Part shown: positions 24,649 through 34,267 of the stretch, in pieces
How the letters are laid out: every line of letters begins with the position of its first letter
Numbering within the stretch: the first letter of the stretch is position 1
Origin: a phage
Reading direction: 5' to 3' (one strand)
Sequence record: PZ212788.1
Length of the DNA stretch: 64,000 bases
Program-made: the position numbers and the translations under genes
Notes under the pieces: generated by a model
What the model was told of the DNA's origin: nothing
The model's input: only the letters and a program-made list of their open reading frames with translations
Database searches by the model: none

Positions 24649-26025
24649 ATGCCATATTTAGATAAAGTGGTAGATGTTACAGTTAACCTCGGAACCCAGC
24701 CTATTGACACTGTAGGTTTCGAAACTCCCCTGTTCATCGCTATCCACAACAACTTTACTGAGCGAGCTCGCGTATATGCAGAGCTGGATCAGATGGTGGA
24801 AGATGGTTTCGCACAAGGCTCTGCAGCGTATGAGTTTGCAGCAAAAGCTTTTGGTGGTGTATTCCCTCCACAATACGTTATGATCGGCAGACAGGCCAAA
24901 GAAAAGACAACTGTAGATTTTAAAGGTATTGCTGCCGCAGCTGATACCGATGTCGTAATGACTATTGCAAAAGGTAGCTACAATACTTCTTTGATAGTGC
25001 CTATCTCTGGTGGAACAGGTGCAACTCAGATTGCAGAGTCAATGAAGACTAAAATTGAAGCAGATGATAGCTTGAACGATATCACTGTAGAGGCTTCTGA
25101 AGGTGTTCTCACCATCACTGGTGACTGTACTGTTGGTTACCATACTGGTAACTATACAATCAAAAATATCGCCAATGCTGAAAAACCTTCTACAGTAGTT
25201 GATAAGATCAATGCTGAGCGTGACAATTGGTACTTCCTGTGCCATGAAGACCACACCGACATTGAAGCATGTGCTAAGTGGGCTCAGGCTAACTACAAGC
25301 TGCATGTCTACTCTACTGCAGAAGATGTGACTGGTAAAGATAATAACATCGCCACCAAACTGAAAGCTGCACAATATGACAGTGTCGGCATGTACGATCC
25401 TCGTGCAGATAAGGACTTCCCGGAGGGTGGTATCATAGGTGCTATGGCATCCAACGATCCGTCTTACGGCGACAGCTTGCACTTAAAACAGATGCCAGGT
25501 GTGATTGCACCATCTCTGACTTTAACTCAGCGTATGGCTATTTGGGAAAACCACGTTAACTTCTACAGAATGATTAACGGTGTTGGCGCTTTCTGGGAAG
25601 GCAAGTGTGCTTCAGGTCAGTATGCAGACGCTATTCGTTTTGCACACTGGATCAAGTTCAGATCTGAAGAATCCATGTTTGGGTACATGCATCGTCGCTC
25701 TAATATGGGTTTAAGCATGAAGATGTCTGATGATGATCTTCCGGTTATCAAGTCTGTTCTGATGAACAACCCGATCAATACTGGCATTAAGAATGGCGCG
25801 ATCCTGACAGGTTTTGACGAAGACAACAATGTGTTCTACGACCCGATCATCACAGTTCCTAAACGTGCAGAGATTCCAACCAATCAGTTGGCTGCTCGTG
25901 TTCTGGAAGGTGTGAAAGTAGAACTGGTGTATAACAACGCCCTGCACTTCGTTCGTATCCGGATCAACGTCCTTCTGGACAAAGTTGGTTCTAAATCTAC
26001 CAATGCTGTTGCAATGACTGAATAA
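24649..26025 (+). CDS. tail sheath protein (putative)
   Basis: 458 aa, biased codon usage, followed by 157-aa tube-like gene, chaperone with frameshift, tape measure and baseplate spike. Confidence 0.5.
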   Translation: MPYLDKVVDVTVNLGTQPIDTVGFETPLFIAIHNNFTERARVYAELDQMVEDGFAQGSAAYEFAAKAFGGVFPPQYVMIGRQAKEKTTVDFKGIAAAADTDVVMTIAKGSYNTSLIVPISGGTGATQIAESMKTKIEADDSLNDITVEASEGVLTITGDCTVGYHTGNYTIKNIANAEKPSTVVDKINAERDNWYFLCHEDHTDIEACAKWAQANYKLHVYSTAEDVTGKDNNIATKLKAAQYDSVGMYDPRADKDFPEGGIIGAMASNDPSYGDSLHLKQMPGVIAPSLTLTQRMAIWENHVNFYRMINGVGAFWEGKCASGQYADAIRFAHWIKFRSEESMFGYMHRRSNMGLSMKMSDDDLPVIKSVLMNNPINTGIKNGAILTGFDEDNNVFYDPIITVPKRAEIPTNQLAARVLEGVKVELVYNNALHFVRIRINVLLDKVGSKSTNAVAMTE

Positions 26026-26035
26026 GGAAGCCTAG

Positions 26036-26509
26036 ATGGAAACTCAAATTTTAACTCCTTATGCGTATGACCCTAAAAAGGTCAAACTGTATCTGATGCA
26101 GCAGCGTGTCACTGGCTTCGCTGCTGACACCAAGATTGTTGTTTCAAGAAACGAAGACAACATTTATCCTCACGTCGGTGTGGATGGTGAAATGTCTGCG
26201 GCTCTGTCCCGTAACCAATCCGGTGTTATGACTGTATCTTTGCAGAACACTTCTGTATGGAACGCTTACCTTTCTGACTGGCAGAAACAGGCATCTATTA
26301 CTGGCCTGGTATTCTTCCCGGTTCTGCTGGAAGGTAGCCAGGGCCCTGGTATTTCCACAATCGGTTGGATCCAGAAACAGCCTGACCTGACTTACGGAAC
26401 CGAAGTAGGTCAACTGGACTGGGATATCGGTATTCTGGATGCATGGCTCAACCGTGATAACATCACTGGTGCTCTTACTGGCCTCGCAGGTCTTGCAGGT
26501 ATTATCTAA
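26036..26509 (+). CDS. tail tube protein (putative)
   Basis: 157 aa immediately after sheath candidate, followed by strong terminator. Confidence 0.5.
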   Translation: METQILTPYAYDPKKVKLYLMQQRVTGFAADTKIVVSRNEDNIYPHVGVDGEMSAALSRNQSGVMTVSLQNTSVWNAYLSDWQKQASITGLVFFPVLLEGSQGPGISTIGWIQKQPDLTYGTEVGQLDWDIGILDAWLNRDNITGALTGLAGLAGII

Positions 26510-26527
26510 GGGCACACTTTAGCATAA

Positions 26528-26556
26528 GCCTCACCTTCGGGTGGGGCTTTTTGCTT
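26528..26556 (+). terminator. rho-independent terminator
   Basis: GCCTCACC-TTCG-GGTGGGGC hairpin followed by TTTTT. Confidence 0.65.
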
Positions 26557-26599
26557 TTATGGTTTTGACACACGTTCTTGAATTGCTTGAAAGGTTAAA

Positions 26600-26628
26600 T
26601 TGACAATGCACCATAATCATGGTAAAAT
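26600..26628 (+). promoter_or_regulatory. sigma70-like promoter TTGACA-N17-TAAAAT (extended -10 TGg), flanked by inverted repeat ATGCACCAT/ATGGTGCA
   Basis: Consensus -35, 17-nt spacer, TGGTAAAATAC motif. Confidence 0.55.
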
Positions 26629-26671
26629 ACACAAATATGGTGCACAACATGACTAATAAGGATGCTATAAA

Positions 26672-27145
26672 ATGGCTATAAACTTTAGACCTACAACAGA
26701 GATTGATTTAGCAGGGCACAACTTTGTGATCACCCACTGGGGACCGATGAAAGCAATGAAAAACATGCCCAAAATCGGTAAGATTGTGGCTGTCCCGCTA
26801 GGTGCTATCGGTGGATCTATTATCTCTGGTGGTCAGAATATGGCAGAGGTCCTTCCTACTGCTCTGGCTTACCTGTTCCAAGAACTTGATGACAGCTCTA
26901 TTGAAGAGTTATTTAAAATCTTGTTCGAAGATATTACCGTAGATGGCGTGGATAAGCTTAACCCGGATGTTGTGTTTGCAGGGCATCTGCTGGAGATGAT
27001 TAAGCTGGCAGGTAAGGTTCTGGAGGTTAACTACGGCTGTTTTTTCACACAAGACGGTTTAGGAAGCCTTCTGGAGATGTTACAGCAGATGGGTATGATT
27101 CAGCAGGTGAACAACCTGGATCAGACTCCGGAAGAGCAGGAATAA
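26672..27145 (+). CDS. tail assembly chaperone
   Basis: Acidic 157-aa protein directly upstream of tape measure; contains slippery heptamer near 3' end. Confidence 0.55.
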   Translation: MAINFRPTTEIDLAGHNFVITHWGPMKAMKNMPKIGKIVAVPLGAIGGSIISGGQNMAEVLPTALAYLFQELDDSSIEELFKILFEDITVDGVDKLNPDVVFAGHLLEMIKLAGKVLEVNYGCFFTQDGLGSLLEMLQQMGMIQQVNNLDQTPEEQE

Positions 27146-27405
27146 GCAAGGTTGTTGTGAGGGCCAGTGAGTGGGCAGCTAAGAACAGTTCACTCAACTG
27201 GTTCGACTTTCTTTGGTGCAGGGTGCTCAAGAATTTCAAAGGGGAAAATTTTGAATCGCTAAATCTTGCAGATATGGCGTATTTCCTGAAGCTCTGTGAG
27301 TATCTTGATATCGAAGAATTCCTAGATACCGTCCAAAACAGGGAAATGGAGCGGGAGCAGAAGGCTGCCGCAGCTGCTGCGAAAGCTAAGCGCAGGAGAG
27401 GATAA
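26672..27405 (+). CDS. tail assembly chaperone, predicted -1 frameshift extension product
   Basis: Zero-frame T_TTT_TTC at 27040-27046; -1 frame is open from 27031 to stop at 27405, ending 55 nt before tape measure start. Confidence 0.45.
27040..27046 (+). other. candidate -1 programmed ribosomal frameshift slippery heptamer T_TTT_TTC
   Basis: X_XXY_YYZ heptamer in zero frame of chaperone ORF; -1 frame continues to 27405. Confidence 0.45.
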
Positions 27406-27459
27406 TCTAAGGGCCGGATTCCTTTTCTGGGATCTGGTCCTTTTTATTATGAGGAAACC

Positions 27460-29796
27460 ATGGCTACAAACAAAATAGTTGCCACAACAGTCAACAAGAT
27501 TGGCTTTGAGATAGAGAACTCCTCCTACAAAAAAGCTGTAGAGAAAATTCGCAGTATTGGGAGGGAGTTCAGGAAACTGGGCGAAGATTTTAACTCAGCC
27601 AACCCCATGAGCAGATGGCAGGCGGTAGCTGTTAAAACCCAGCAGACAATGCAGCGGGTTGCCAGACAGCAATCTCAGGCAAATGCTAAGCTGCACAGGG
27701 AGAGCGTAGCACAGGCCAAGAAAGAGGCTGCAGTAAAGGCTGCAATAGAGCGTAGGGAGAATGCAAGACGTAGGCAAGCTGTAGGCAATCTTACCGCTAA
27801 AAATCCAGAAATGGCTAGGATGCGTAAGTTCTACCAGCAGCAAGCTAAAGAGGCCAAAAAGGCTGCCAAATCTGCACCAGTGTCTTACGGCGGTTATAAG
27901 GCACCTAAGGCAAGAGTTCTGGCTAATGCCAAAGCTTTCAAATATATCCCCGGTAACCCTAATATGGGTGGTGTGGCTTCCGACCCTAACCTTGTAAAAG
28001 CTCAGACAGCTGCTATGAATCGTTATCATAGACAGCTAAGAAGGGACGGTAAAGCTGGTATGGATAATAGACTTATGTCGGATCGTGAGGCAAGAAGAAC
28101 CCACCTCTACAACTCCGCGATAAGACTTTCTGCCAAGTATGGGGCCGGATTCCGTGGAAGCTTGCCAGGATACTCAGAGTTAGAGTCCAGGTTTGCTCGC
28201 GGGGAGATGAAAAAGTCAACCTTTAACGCCCACCTATCAGCGCTGCAGTCCGGATTTAAAAGTGCCACCAGCCAAACGCTTACACTAGGCGATGCCATGA
28301 GAGATTTACGTAGATCTGTTATTAATGCAACAGCTGCGTATACAGCTTTTTCTGGATTTGCTGCGGTTAACAGATCCGGTCACATGATGGAGGGGGCAAG
28401 TGCTGCTCTTACTGCTGTTACTGGAGATCCAAACAAAGCTAACAGTGAGGTTGCGTTTGTCCAGCAAGAGGCTATGCGTCTTGGTTTTGATCTCAAATCT
28501 GGTCTTCAAGGTTACGCCCAGATGTCGGTAAACGCCAAAAACCAGATGACAAATCAGGAAGTGCATGAGCTGTTTTCTGCATACTCCCAGTATGCTGCTG
28601 CTTATGGTGCCGATGAGGTAAAATACCAGCGCGGTATTATGGCAATCCAGCAAATGCTCGGTAAAGGGCAAGTAATGTCCGAAGAACTGAAGCAACAACT
28701 TGCTGAAGCATTGCCTGGTGCATACGAACCTTTTATCAAGGCCACCAAAGAGGCTTTTGGTCTTTCTGAACTCTCCATGGATCAGTTCATGGACATGATG
28801 AAGAAAGGTGAGGTTAAAACAGCCAAGATCATGAAGTATGTGGCTAAGTACATGAACGAGGCATCTGCAGCTGGTTATGAAAGAATGCAGAAGTCTAACG
28901 TGCTGGCAGAAAACAGACTGAAAACCTTCATCGAACTGACTCGTCAGAAACTGTTCACCCGTTGGTCTGACGAACTAACAGAGTTCTATTATACACTGAT
29001 CCGCACGGGTGAGACTCTGCAATTTGTGTGGGATGCCTCTGGTGATTTTGTTAGCGGGTTTGTGAGAGGCCTTAACTGGGTAGTTGGTGAACTAAACAAC
29101 ACTATAGTCAAGATCCGCATGTTTTTCCTTGAATGGGGGATTAAATGGGGGTTCATAACAGCCAAGACGAAGGAATATTCTGAAGAGCTTCATGACACCT
29201 TTAGCTATGCTAAATGGGCAGGGTTTGCTGCTGCCATCATGCTGGTCGTCAACGCCCTAACAAAAGGTTTTGTCATGGCATCTATGCTTGTAAAAACCTT
29301 TAAATTCCTTAACTCTCTAAGGGGTGCAGCTGGAGCAGCGGGTGCCGCTACTACAGAAGGATCTGGTGGTGGAGCTCCGGCAGGAAAAGGTGGAGGTGGC
29401 CTCAAGACACCTGGTGGCAAAGTTGGTCTGCTCGGTAAGCTGGGCATTATCGGTACAATACTAAGCGCCGGGGAATTATTTAATGACCGTTACAACCCAC
29501 TAAGTGAAAGAAATCAGCAGCTGGATACTATCAGCGATATGATTCGCAAAGATATCATATCGGGAGGTAACGGGTTTGTTAATCCTTTGGACACCTTACC
29601 GGGCGGGACTCTTCCGTTGCCGGGTGGCCCTGGTTTTGCTTCTCAATTAAGAACTATGGAAATGCTACCTTTAGAGATCAGTGATGGGAAAATCACGATT
29701 TCAATAGATGAGGGTGAGTTTAACAAAATATTTGATGCAAAACTTGAGTGGGAGAACAATAAAGATATCAACTTCATGTCTACCGACCTTTGGTAA
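27460..29796 (+). CDS. tail tape measure protein
   Basis: 778 aa, alpha-helical with Gly-rich segment, directly after chaperone pair. Confidence 0.7.
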   Translation: MATNKIVATTVNKIGFEIENSSYKKAVEKIRSIGREFRKLGEDFNSANPMSRWQAVAVKTQQTMQRVARQQSQANAKLHRESVAQAKKEAAVKAAIERRENARRRQAVGNLTAKNPEMARMRKFYQQQAKEAKKAAKSAPVSYGGYKAPKARVLANAKAFKYIPGNPNMGGVASDPNLVKAQTAAMNRYHRQLRRDGKAGMDNRLMSDREARRTHLYNSAIRLSAKYGAGFRGSLPGYSELESRFARGEMKKSTFNAHLSALQSGFKSATSQTLTLGDAMRDLRRSVINATAAYTAFSGFAAVNRSGHMMEGASAALTAVTGDPNKANSEVAFVQQEAMRLGFDLKSGLQGYAQMSVNAKNQMTNQEVHELFSAYSQYAAAYGADEVKYQRGIMAIQQMLGKGQVMSEELKQQLAEALPGAYEPFIKATKEAFGLSELSMDQFMDMMKKGEVKTAKIMKYVAKYMNEASAAGYERMQKSNVLAENRLKTFIELTRQKLFTRWSDELTEFYYTLIRTGETLQFVWDASGDFVSGFVRGLNWVVGELNNTIVKIRMFFLEWGIKWGFITAKTKEYSEELHDTFSYAKWAGFAAAIMLVVNALTKGFVMASMLVKTFKFLNSLRGAAGAAGAATTEGSGGGAPAGKGGGGLKTPGGKVGLLGKLGIIGTILSAGELFNDRYNPLSERNQQLDTISDMIRKDIISGGNGFVNPLDTLPGGTLPLPGGPGFASQLRTMEMLPLEISDGKITISIDEGEFNKIFDAKLEWENNKDINFMSTDLW

Positions 29797-29807
29797 TAAA
29801 CTGTGCA

Positions 29808-29832
29808 GGGGGCTCCGGCCCCCTTTATTTTA
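29808..29832 (+). terminator. rho-independent terminator
   Basis: GGGGGC-TCCG-GCCCCC hairpin followed by TTTATTTT. Confidence 0.65.
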
Positions 29833-29838
29833 TCGGTG

Positions 29839-29867
29839 TTGTAAAAACGGCTATTTTATGATACAAT
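29839..29867 (+). promoter_or_regulatory. candidate promoter TTGTAA-N17-TACAAT
   Basis: Motif spacing downstream of terminator. Confidence 0.35.
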
Positions 29868-29900
29868 ATCTAGATGGTATCGGAGTGTCCTGGAGAGGTT

Positions 29901-30785
29901 ATGCCAAGCAATATAGTTGATGAAAAAGACCTGTACAAGCCTCAAGAGGTTAAATCTCCAAAGGCTGAAAAGGCAGAACAGCAAACTGAAAGCGATGTAA
30001 AGTACACTATGTTTGTCAGCGGTCTTAACTATGGTGGTCGCAATACGGAGATGAAGGGTAAAAACTTTACTAACGATCTTGCCATCATCTTCGATCAGGT
30101 TGAGAATTACTCTTTCAAACATTCTGTTGATAAGACTGGGTTTGCGGTGGAAGATAAATCTACCCTGTCAGACCACGCTGTAATTAAAGATGGTGTATTT
30201 TCTTTTACTGGTAGGGTAAATACATCACCACATATAATCTATGAGCAAAACTACATTGACAGGAATACTGACTCTAAAAACCCTGCAGCGTCTATGCGAC
30301 CAGGCGCTGCACTGGAGGCTTTGACTGAGATCATTAATAAGCGCCAGTTGGTTTCTTTGGTTACCGAGGAGAGACTCCTTGAGAACTACATCATAACCAG
30401 CCTTTCTGCCAACAAGTCTGTTGGTGAAGGTGCTGCGATGGTGTTTGATGTAGAACTTACAGAGTTCCGCACATTCTACTTGAACAAGGTTGTTAATGCA
30501 ACTGTATACAGCAACCCTAAGAAAGTAGGCAAGACCCAGCAAAAAGGTGCTGTCAACGACTGTAAGAATGGCAGTAACGTAGGTAACAAGAGGGACACAG
30601 GGGCATTTGCAGACACTGCATCCACAAATGCCGCAGAAGAGTGGCAGCCCTACAAATCTATGATGTGGACGGATGAAAACGGTGTTACTCAATCTGCTGC
30701 GGATTGGTATTATCAGGAATATGGAAGACCTTCTACCATAGTCCCATCTGAGCAGGGAAACTACAACAAAGTTAACGGAAAATAA
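29901..30785 (+). CDS. tail/baseplate protein (hypothetical)
   Basis: GGAGAGG RBS; position after tape measure. Confidence 0.35.
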   Translation: MPSNIVDEKDLYKPQEVKSPKAEKAEQQTESDVKYTMFVSGLNYGGRNTEMKGKNFTNDLAIIFDQVENYSFKHSVDKTGFAVEDKSTLSDHAVIKDGVFSFTGRVNTSPHIIYEQNYIDRNTDSKNPAASMRPGAALEALTEIINKRQLVSLVTEERLLENYIITSLSANKSVGEGAAMVFDVELTEFRTFYLNKVVNATVYSNPKKVGKTQQKGAVNDCKNGSNVGNKRDTGAFADTASTNAAEEWQPYKSMMWTDENGVTQSAADWYYQEYGRPSTIVPSEQGNYNKVNGK

Positions 30786-30797
30786 GGGGAGCGTGTA

Positions 30798-31178
30798 ATG
30801 GAACTTAAAGATTGGTGCATAATCACCTTTGTGTGGGACATTGACGGCTTTCCTGATCAAACCATGCGTGTTGTTTTAGACAATGAGACGTATGAAATGC
30901 GTATGCAATGGAATGAGAGGGATGAGTCCTGGTGGTTATCTCTTGGTCCGGTAGGTGACAGCCCTTTAGTAACCAGAAAAGTAACAGCTTGTCAAGATAT
31001 TTTAGACGGACTGCATTACAGAGACGATTTACCGAAAGGTAGATTGATGGCGCTGTCGTTTAAAGACGATCAATATTGGGGCAGGGTTGGAAGATATAAC
31101 CTTGGGGCGAGATCTGAGCTACAACTTGTATACGGCACCCCGGTTGATCTTTACAAGGAACAGCAAGGGTTAGAATAA
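30798..31178 (+). CDS. hypothetical protein (tail module)
   Basis: ORF with AAGGGGAG RBS. Confidence 0.35.
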   Translation: MELKDWCIITFVWDIDGFPDQTMRVVLDNETYEMRMQWNERDESWWLSLGPVGDSPLVTRKVTACQDILDGLHYRDDLPKGRLMALSFKDDQYWGRVGRYNLGARSELQLVYGTPVDLYKEQQGLE

Positions 31179-32182
31179 TGGCAGAGTACAGACGTAGAAC
31201 ATGGCGATTATTGTTTGGTCGTCCTGTAGAACATGGCGGTAAATCAAAAACCAATATCCCAAAATCTGTTGAAAAGAAAGGGGAGAGTGATTCCGGAGTT
31301 TATGAAGTTAGCTCAGACACTGGTGCTGCCAATATAGAGTTTGACATACAAAAGGACAATACCAAAGAGCCAAACAAAGGTTATGTGACAGTTTACAACC
31401 TGTCTGACGATACAGTTAACTATCTGGATATGCATCAGGCTGATGCCCTTGCAGTTATGTTTGAAGCTGGCTATGATAATGAGAACCAGTTGATATTCTC
31501 CGGAACTGTGGAGTTTGTTGAAGACAGGTGGGAAGGTCCGACCAGAAAAACTAAGTTCATCTTTGGGGATGGCACTGAGAACATCATTAAGTGCCAAAGC
31601 ACAAGATCTTATCAGAAAGGTACACCTCTGAACTCTGTGCTTAATGACCTACTGAAGGATATGAACTTGCCAAAAGGTAGGGTTGTTGGTTTTGGAAACC
31701 AGACTTTGCAATACTCTATGGCTTTCTCTGGAAACACTGCAGAGAACCTCCGCAGGTTTGCAAGGCTGACCAACTCAACATTTAGCGTTCAGGATGGGGC
31801 TTTGTATTGGACCAAGGTTGGAAAAAGGTTCAAAGACTCTGTGTTTGAAATAAGTGCAGAGTCTGGGATGCACGGATCTCCTACCCCTAAAAACCCAGAA
31901 CCTGCTAAAAAACGAAAAGCTAAAGCTGCTGCCAAAGGTGGTTCGACATCTAAAAAGAAAAAGAAAAACCCGAGAGAGGATGTTGGCCTTACTGTAACCA
32001 CATGCCTTAACGGAGCTATCCTCCCAGAGTCCACTATTTATCTTAAAAGCAAGCAATATACAGGCTTCTATAAGGTGATCACGGTGCATCATAAGGGCAC
32101 CATAGAAGGTGGTGATTACACTACAGAGCTTGGCCTTGGGGAAACAGTGGGTGGAGTTGTTGACAAAACTGAGGAGGTATGA
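31178..32182 (+). CDS. baseplate hub-like protein with lysine-rich insertion (putative)
   Basis: 334 aa after tape measure; internal PAKKRKAKAAAKGGSTSKKKKKNPRE tract. Confidence 0.35.
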   Translation: MAEYRRRTWRLLFGRPVEHGGKSKTNIPKSVEKKGESDSGVYEVSSDTGAANIEFDIQKDNTKEPNKGYVTVYNLSDDTVNYLDMHQADALAVMFEAGYDNENQLIFSGTVEFVEDRWEGPTRKTKFIFGDGTENIIKCQSTRSYQKGTPLNSVLNDLLKDMNLPKGRVVGFGNQTLQYSMAFSGNTAENLRRFARLTNSTFSVQDGALYWTKVGKRFKDSVFEISAESGMHGSPTPKNPEPAKKRKAKAAAKGGSTSKKKKKNPREDVGLTVTTCLNGAILPESTIYLKSKQYTGFYKVITVHHKGTIEGGDYTTELGLGETVGGVVDKTEEV

Positions 32183-32859
32183 TGGCAATAAATAGGAAAG
32201 ATGCTGCTGTAAGATCTTTTATAGAAAAAATAATGAGGGACTACCACACCAGTATCAGGGCCAGAGTTGTCAGTGTAGACTACAGTATACCTTCTGCAGC
32301 CGTGCAGCCAATAGCTGAAACTACGTTTGATGACGGAGATGTGGAGAGATACCCTCTTATCTATGACGTTCCAATTCAGGTGATGTCTGCAAACAGCGGA
32401 AAGGCAAGGTTAACACTCCCTATTAAGGCTGGAGATGTTGTAGGATTGCAGTTTTCAGAGAGAAATGAAAACAATAACGACGATCAACAAACTCACGGCC
32501 TGTTTCCAGGGTGGGCAATCACCTCTGTTCATTCAGACTCAAACGCCTTACAGATCGATCCTGATAACGTAGAGTTATGGAATGATAGGGTTTATTTTAA
32601 ACTGACACCTTCTGGCGATTTTGAGCTTCAAACACCTGGTGGGACATTACGGTGCGACAGCAGCGGGGAGTTTTCTTTCACTAACGGGGCTGCCAATTTG
32701 CGAGCTGCTGTGGATGGGAATATCAGAATGAATGGTGCTACAATAGACCCATCTGGTAGAATTATAACTGCTGCTGGCGTGGATTTGGATTCATTCTATG
32801 CAGAATATAAAGGTCATACCCACTCTTGCCCTGATGGCGAGACAAGTGGACCGCACTAA
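32179..32859 (+). CDS. baseplate central spike protein (gpV/gp5-like, putative)
   Basis: Size and position; C-terminal HTH-S-C (HxH) motif like spike-tip metal site. Confidence 0.45.
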   Translation: MMAINRKDAAVRSFIEKIMRDYHTSIRARVVSVDYSIPSAAVQPIAETTFDDGDVERYPLIYDVPIQVMSANSGKARLTLPIKAGDVVGLQFSERNENNNDDQQTHGLFPGWAITSVHSDSNALQIDPDNVELWNDRVYFKLTPSGDFELQTPGGTLRCDSSGEFSFTNGAANLRAAVDGNIRMNGATIDPSGRIITAAGVDLDSFYAEYKGHTHSCPDGETSGPH

Positions 32860-32871
32860 TAGAGGGCTTTC

Positions 32872-33588
32872 ATGGCTACGCTTTATAGTGATATATTGAT
32901 GGACCCGCAGACAGGCGATTTGGCGATAGACAAAGGTCTTGAGTTGATAGATTCAAACCAGGTAAGTCTGCGCCAGCGCTTGTGGATGAGGTTTAATACG
33001 TGGAAGGGGAGCTGGTACTTTGACGAGCTGTTTGGCTTCCCTTATATGGACTTTCTCAGCAAGAAGGTCATGAAGACTGTTCTTGATAACAAGATCATGG
33101 AAGTGGCAAGACAAGAGCCGGATGTGCTAAACATCATAAACTTCCAGTCTACCATGGACCGAAGATCGAGAACATACCAAGCGTTCTTCGAGGTTGTTAC
33201 CAAAGAGAACGAGATTGTAAGGCTGGCTTTCGTAGGTCTTGATCAGTTCACCTACCCACAGCCTGATTCTGGGACAACCTCTCTCTGTGATGATGAGGGT
33301 TGGATTAAGTGGGCTAATAAACTGTACTATCTGATCAACTTCAGATTGCCTAGAACAGGAGATGCCACATGGTGGAACCAGTATGCTGGCCCTGAGATGG
33401 AAAACCCGATCCCTGTAGGCTCTCTGTTGACTCAGGATAAAGATCTGCTGATGACTGAGGCAGAACAAACCATTAACCGCAATACCTGGACGCTTGCTCC
33501 AGATGAGCGCGAATACTCTGGTGTTATTGCTACCTCCAATGATGAGGCTATTGCCAACCAGTCTGGTCGTGCTATTGATGTTAACTAA
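32872..33588 (+). CDS. baseplate wedge protein (putative)
   Basis: N-terminal DPQTGDLAIDKG-type segment and position after spike. Confidence 0.35.
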   Translation: MATLYSDILMDPQTGDLAIDKGLELIDSNQVSLRQRLWMRFNTWKGSWYFDELFGFPYMDFLSKKVMKTVLDNKIMEVARQEPDVLNIINFQSTMDRRSRTYQAFFEVVTKENEIVRLAFVGLDQFTYPQPDSGTTSLCDDEGWIKWANKLYYLINFRLPRTGDATWWNQYAGPEMENPIPVGSLLTQDKDLLMTEAEQTINRNTWTLAPDEREYSGVIATSNDEAIANQSGRAIDVN

Positions 33589-33597
33589 GGAGAAATC

Positions 33598-34266
33598 ATG
33601 GCTGTAGCTTATCCTACAATACCAATTCCAGATCTTGAAGATGCAGAAACAGTCCTGAGTGATGACTTCTTGGTTGTCAACCAGACTGATGGGACAAGAA
33701 AGGCTAAGATTGACGATGTTGTCAACGATCTTAGTATTACTAAGATAGTCTATTTCACAGAGGGTGGTTATCTTAAGAGCAAGAAGGACTTTGCTTATGA
33801 CCCAGAGACTAAGCGCTACTACACGTGGAACGGGGATTATCCTAAAATAATCCTCCCAGACTCCACCGTAGAGGGTGCTGGGGGCGTGTCTGCAAATGCC
33901 TGGTCTGTTTTTGGTGAGCTTGCTGCAACTTCTTCTGGCAGAATAGTTGATTACGGATCTATCGGTGGTCAGCTTGATATGGATCTTGAAGTTGCGGATA
34001 CCTTTAAGGTTCGACTAACTTCAAATACCACAATCTCTTTTGAAAATCAAACAGAAGGTCTTGAAGGGGTGGCGAGAACTATAACCGTATGCATTACTCA
34101 GACCTCTGGCGGCAACAAAGTCTATTGGCCTGGTAATGTTAAATGGTCCTACGGAAGAGATCCTATCCTAACATTTACAGCTGGTGCAACAGATATTTTC
34201 AAGTTGGAAACCTACGACAACGGGTTAACTTGGTACGGGGCACTGATTATCGCAGGAGCTATCTAA
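33598..34266 (+). CDS. fibre-anchor domain protein (shares N-terminal domain with fibre 36901..40713)
   Basis: LVVNQTDGTRKAKIDDVV...FTEGGYL...DFAYD paralogous to N-terminus of 36901 gene. Confidence 0.4.
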   Translation: MAVAYPTIPIPDLEDAETVLSDDFLVVNQTDGTRKAKIDDVVNDLSITKIVYFTEGGYLKSKKDFAYDPETKRYYTWNGDYPKIILPDSTVEGAGGVSANAWSVFGELAATSSGRIVDYGSIGGQLDMDLEVADTFKVRLTSNTTISFENQTEGLEGVARTITVCITQTSGGNKVYWPGNVKWSYGRDPILTFTAGATDIFKLETYDNGLTWYGALIIAGAI

Positions 34267-34267
34267 G

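Noticed and set aside
24649-26025. Alternative reading of the 458-aa protein as a siphovirus major tail tube
   Set aside because: It is followed by a separate 157-aa tube-sized gene, a chaperone pair, tape measure and a spike-like baseplate gene, which fits a contractile tail better; this remains a positional inference.
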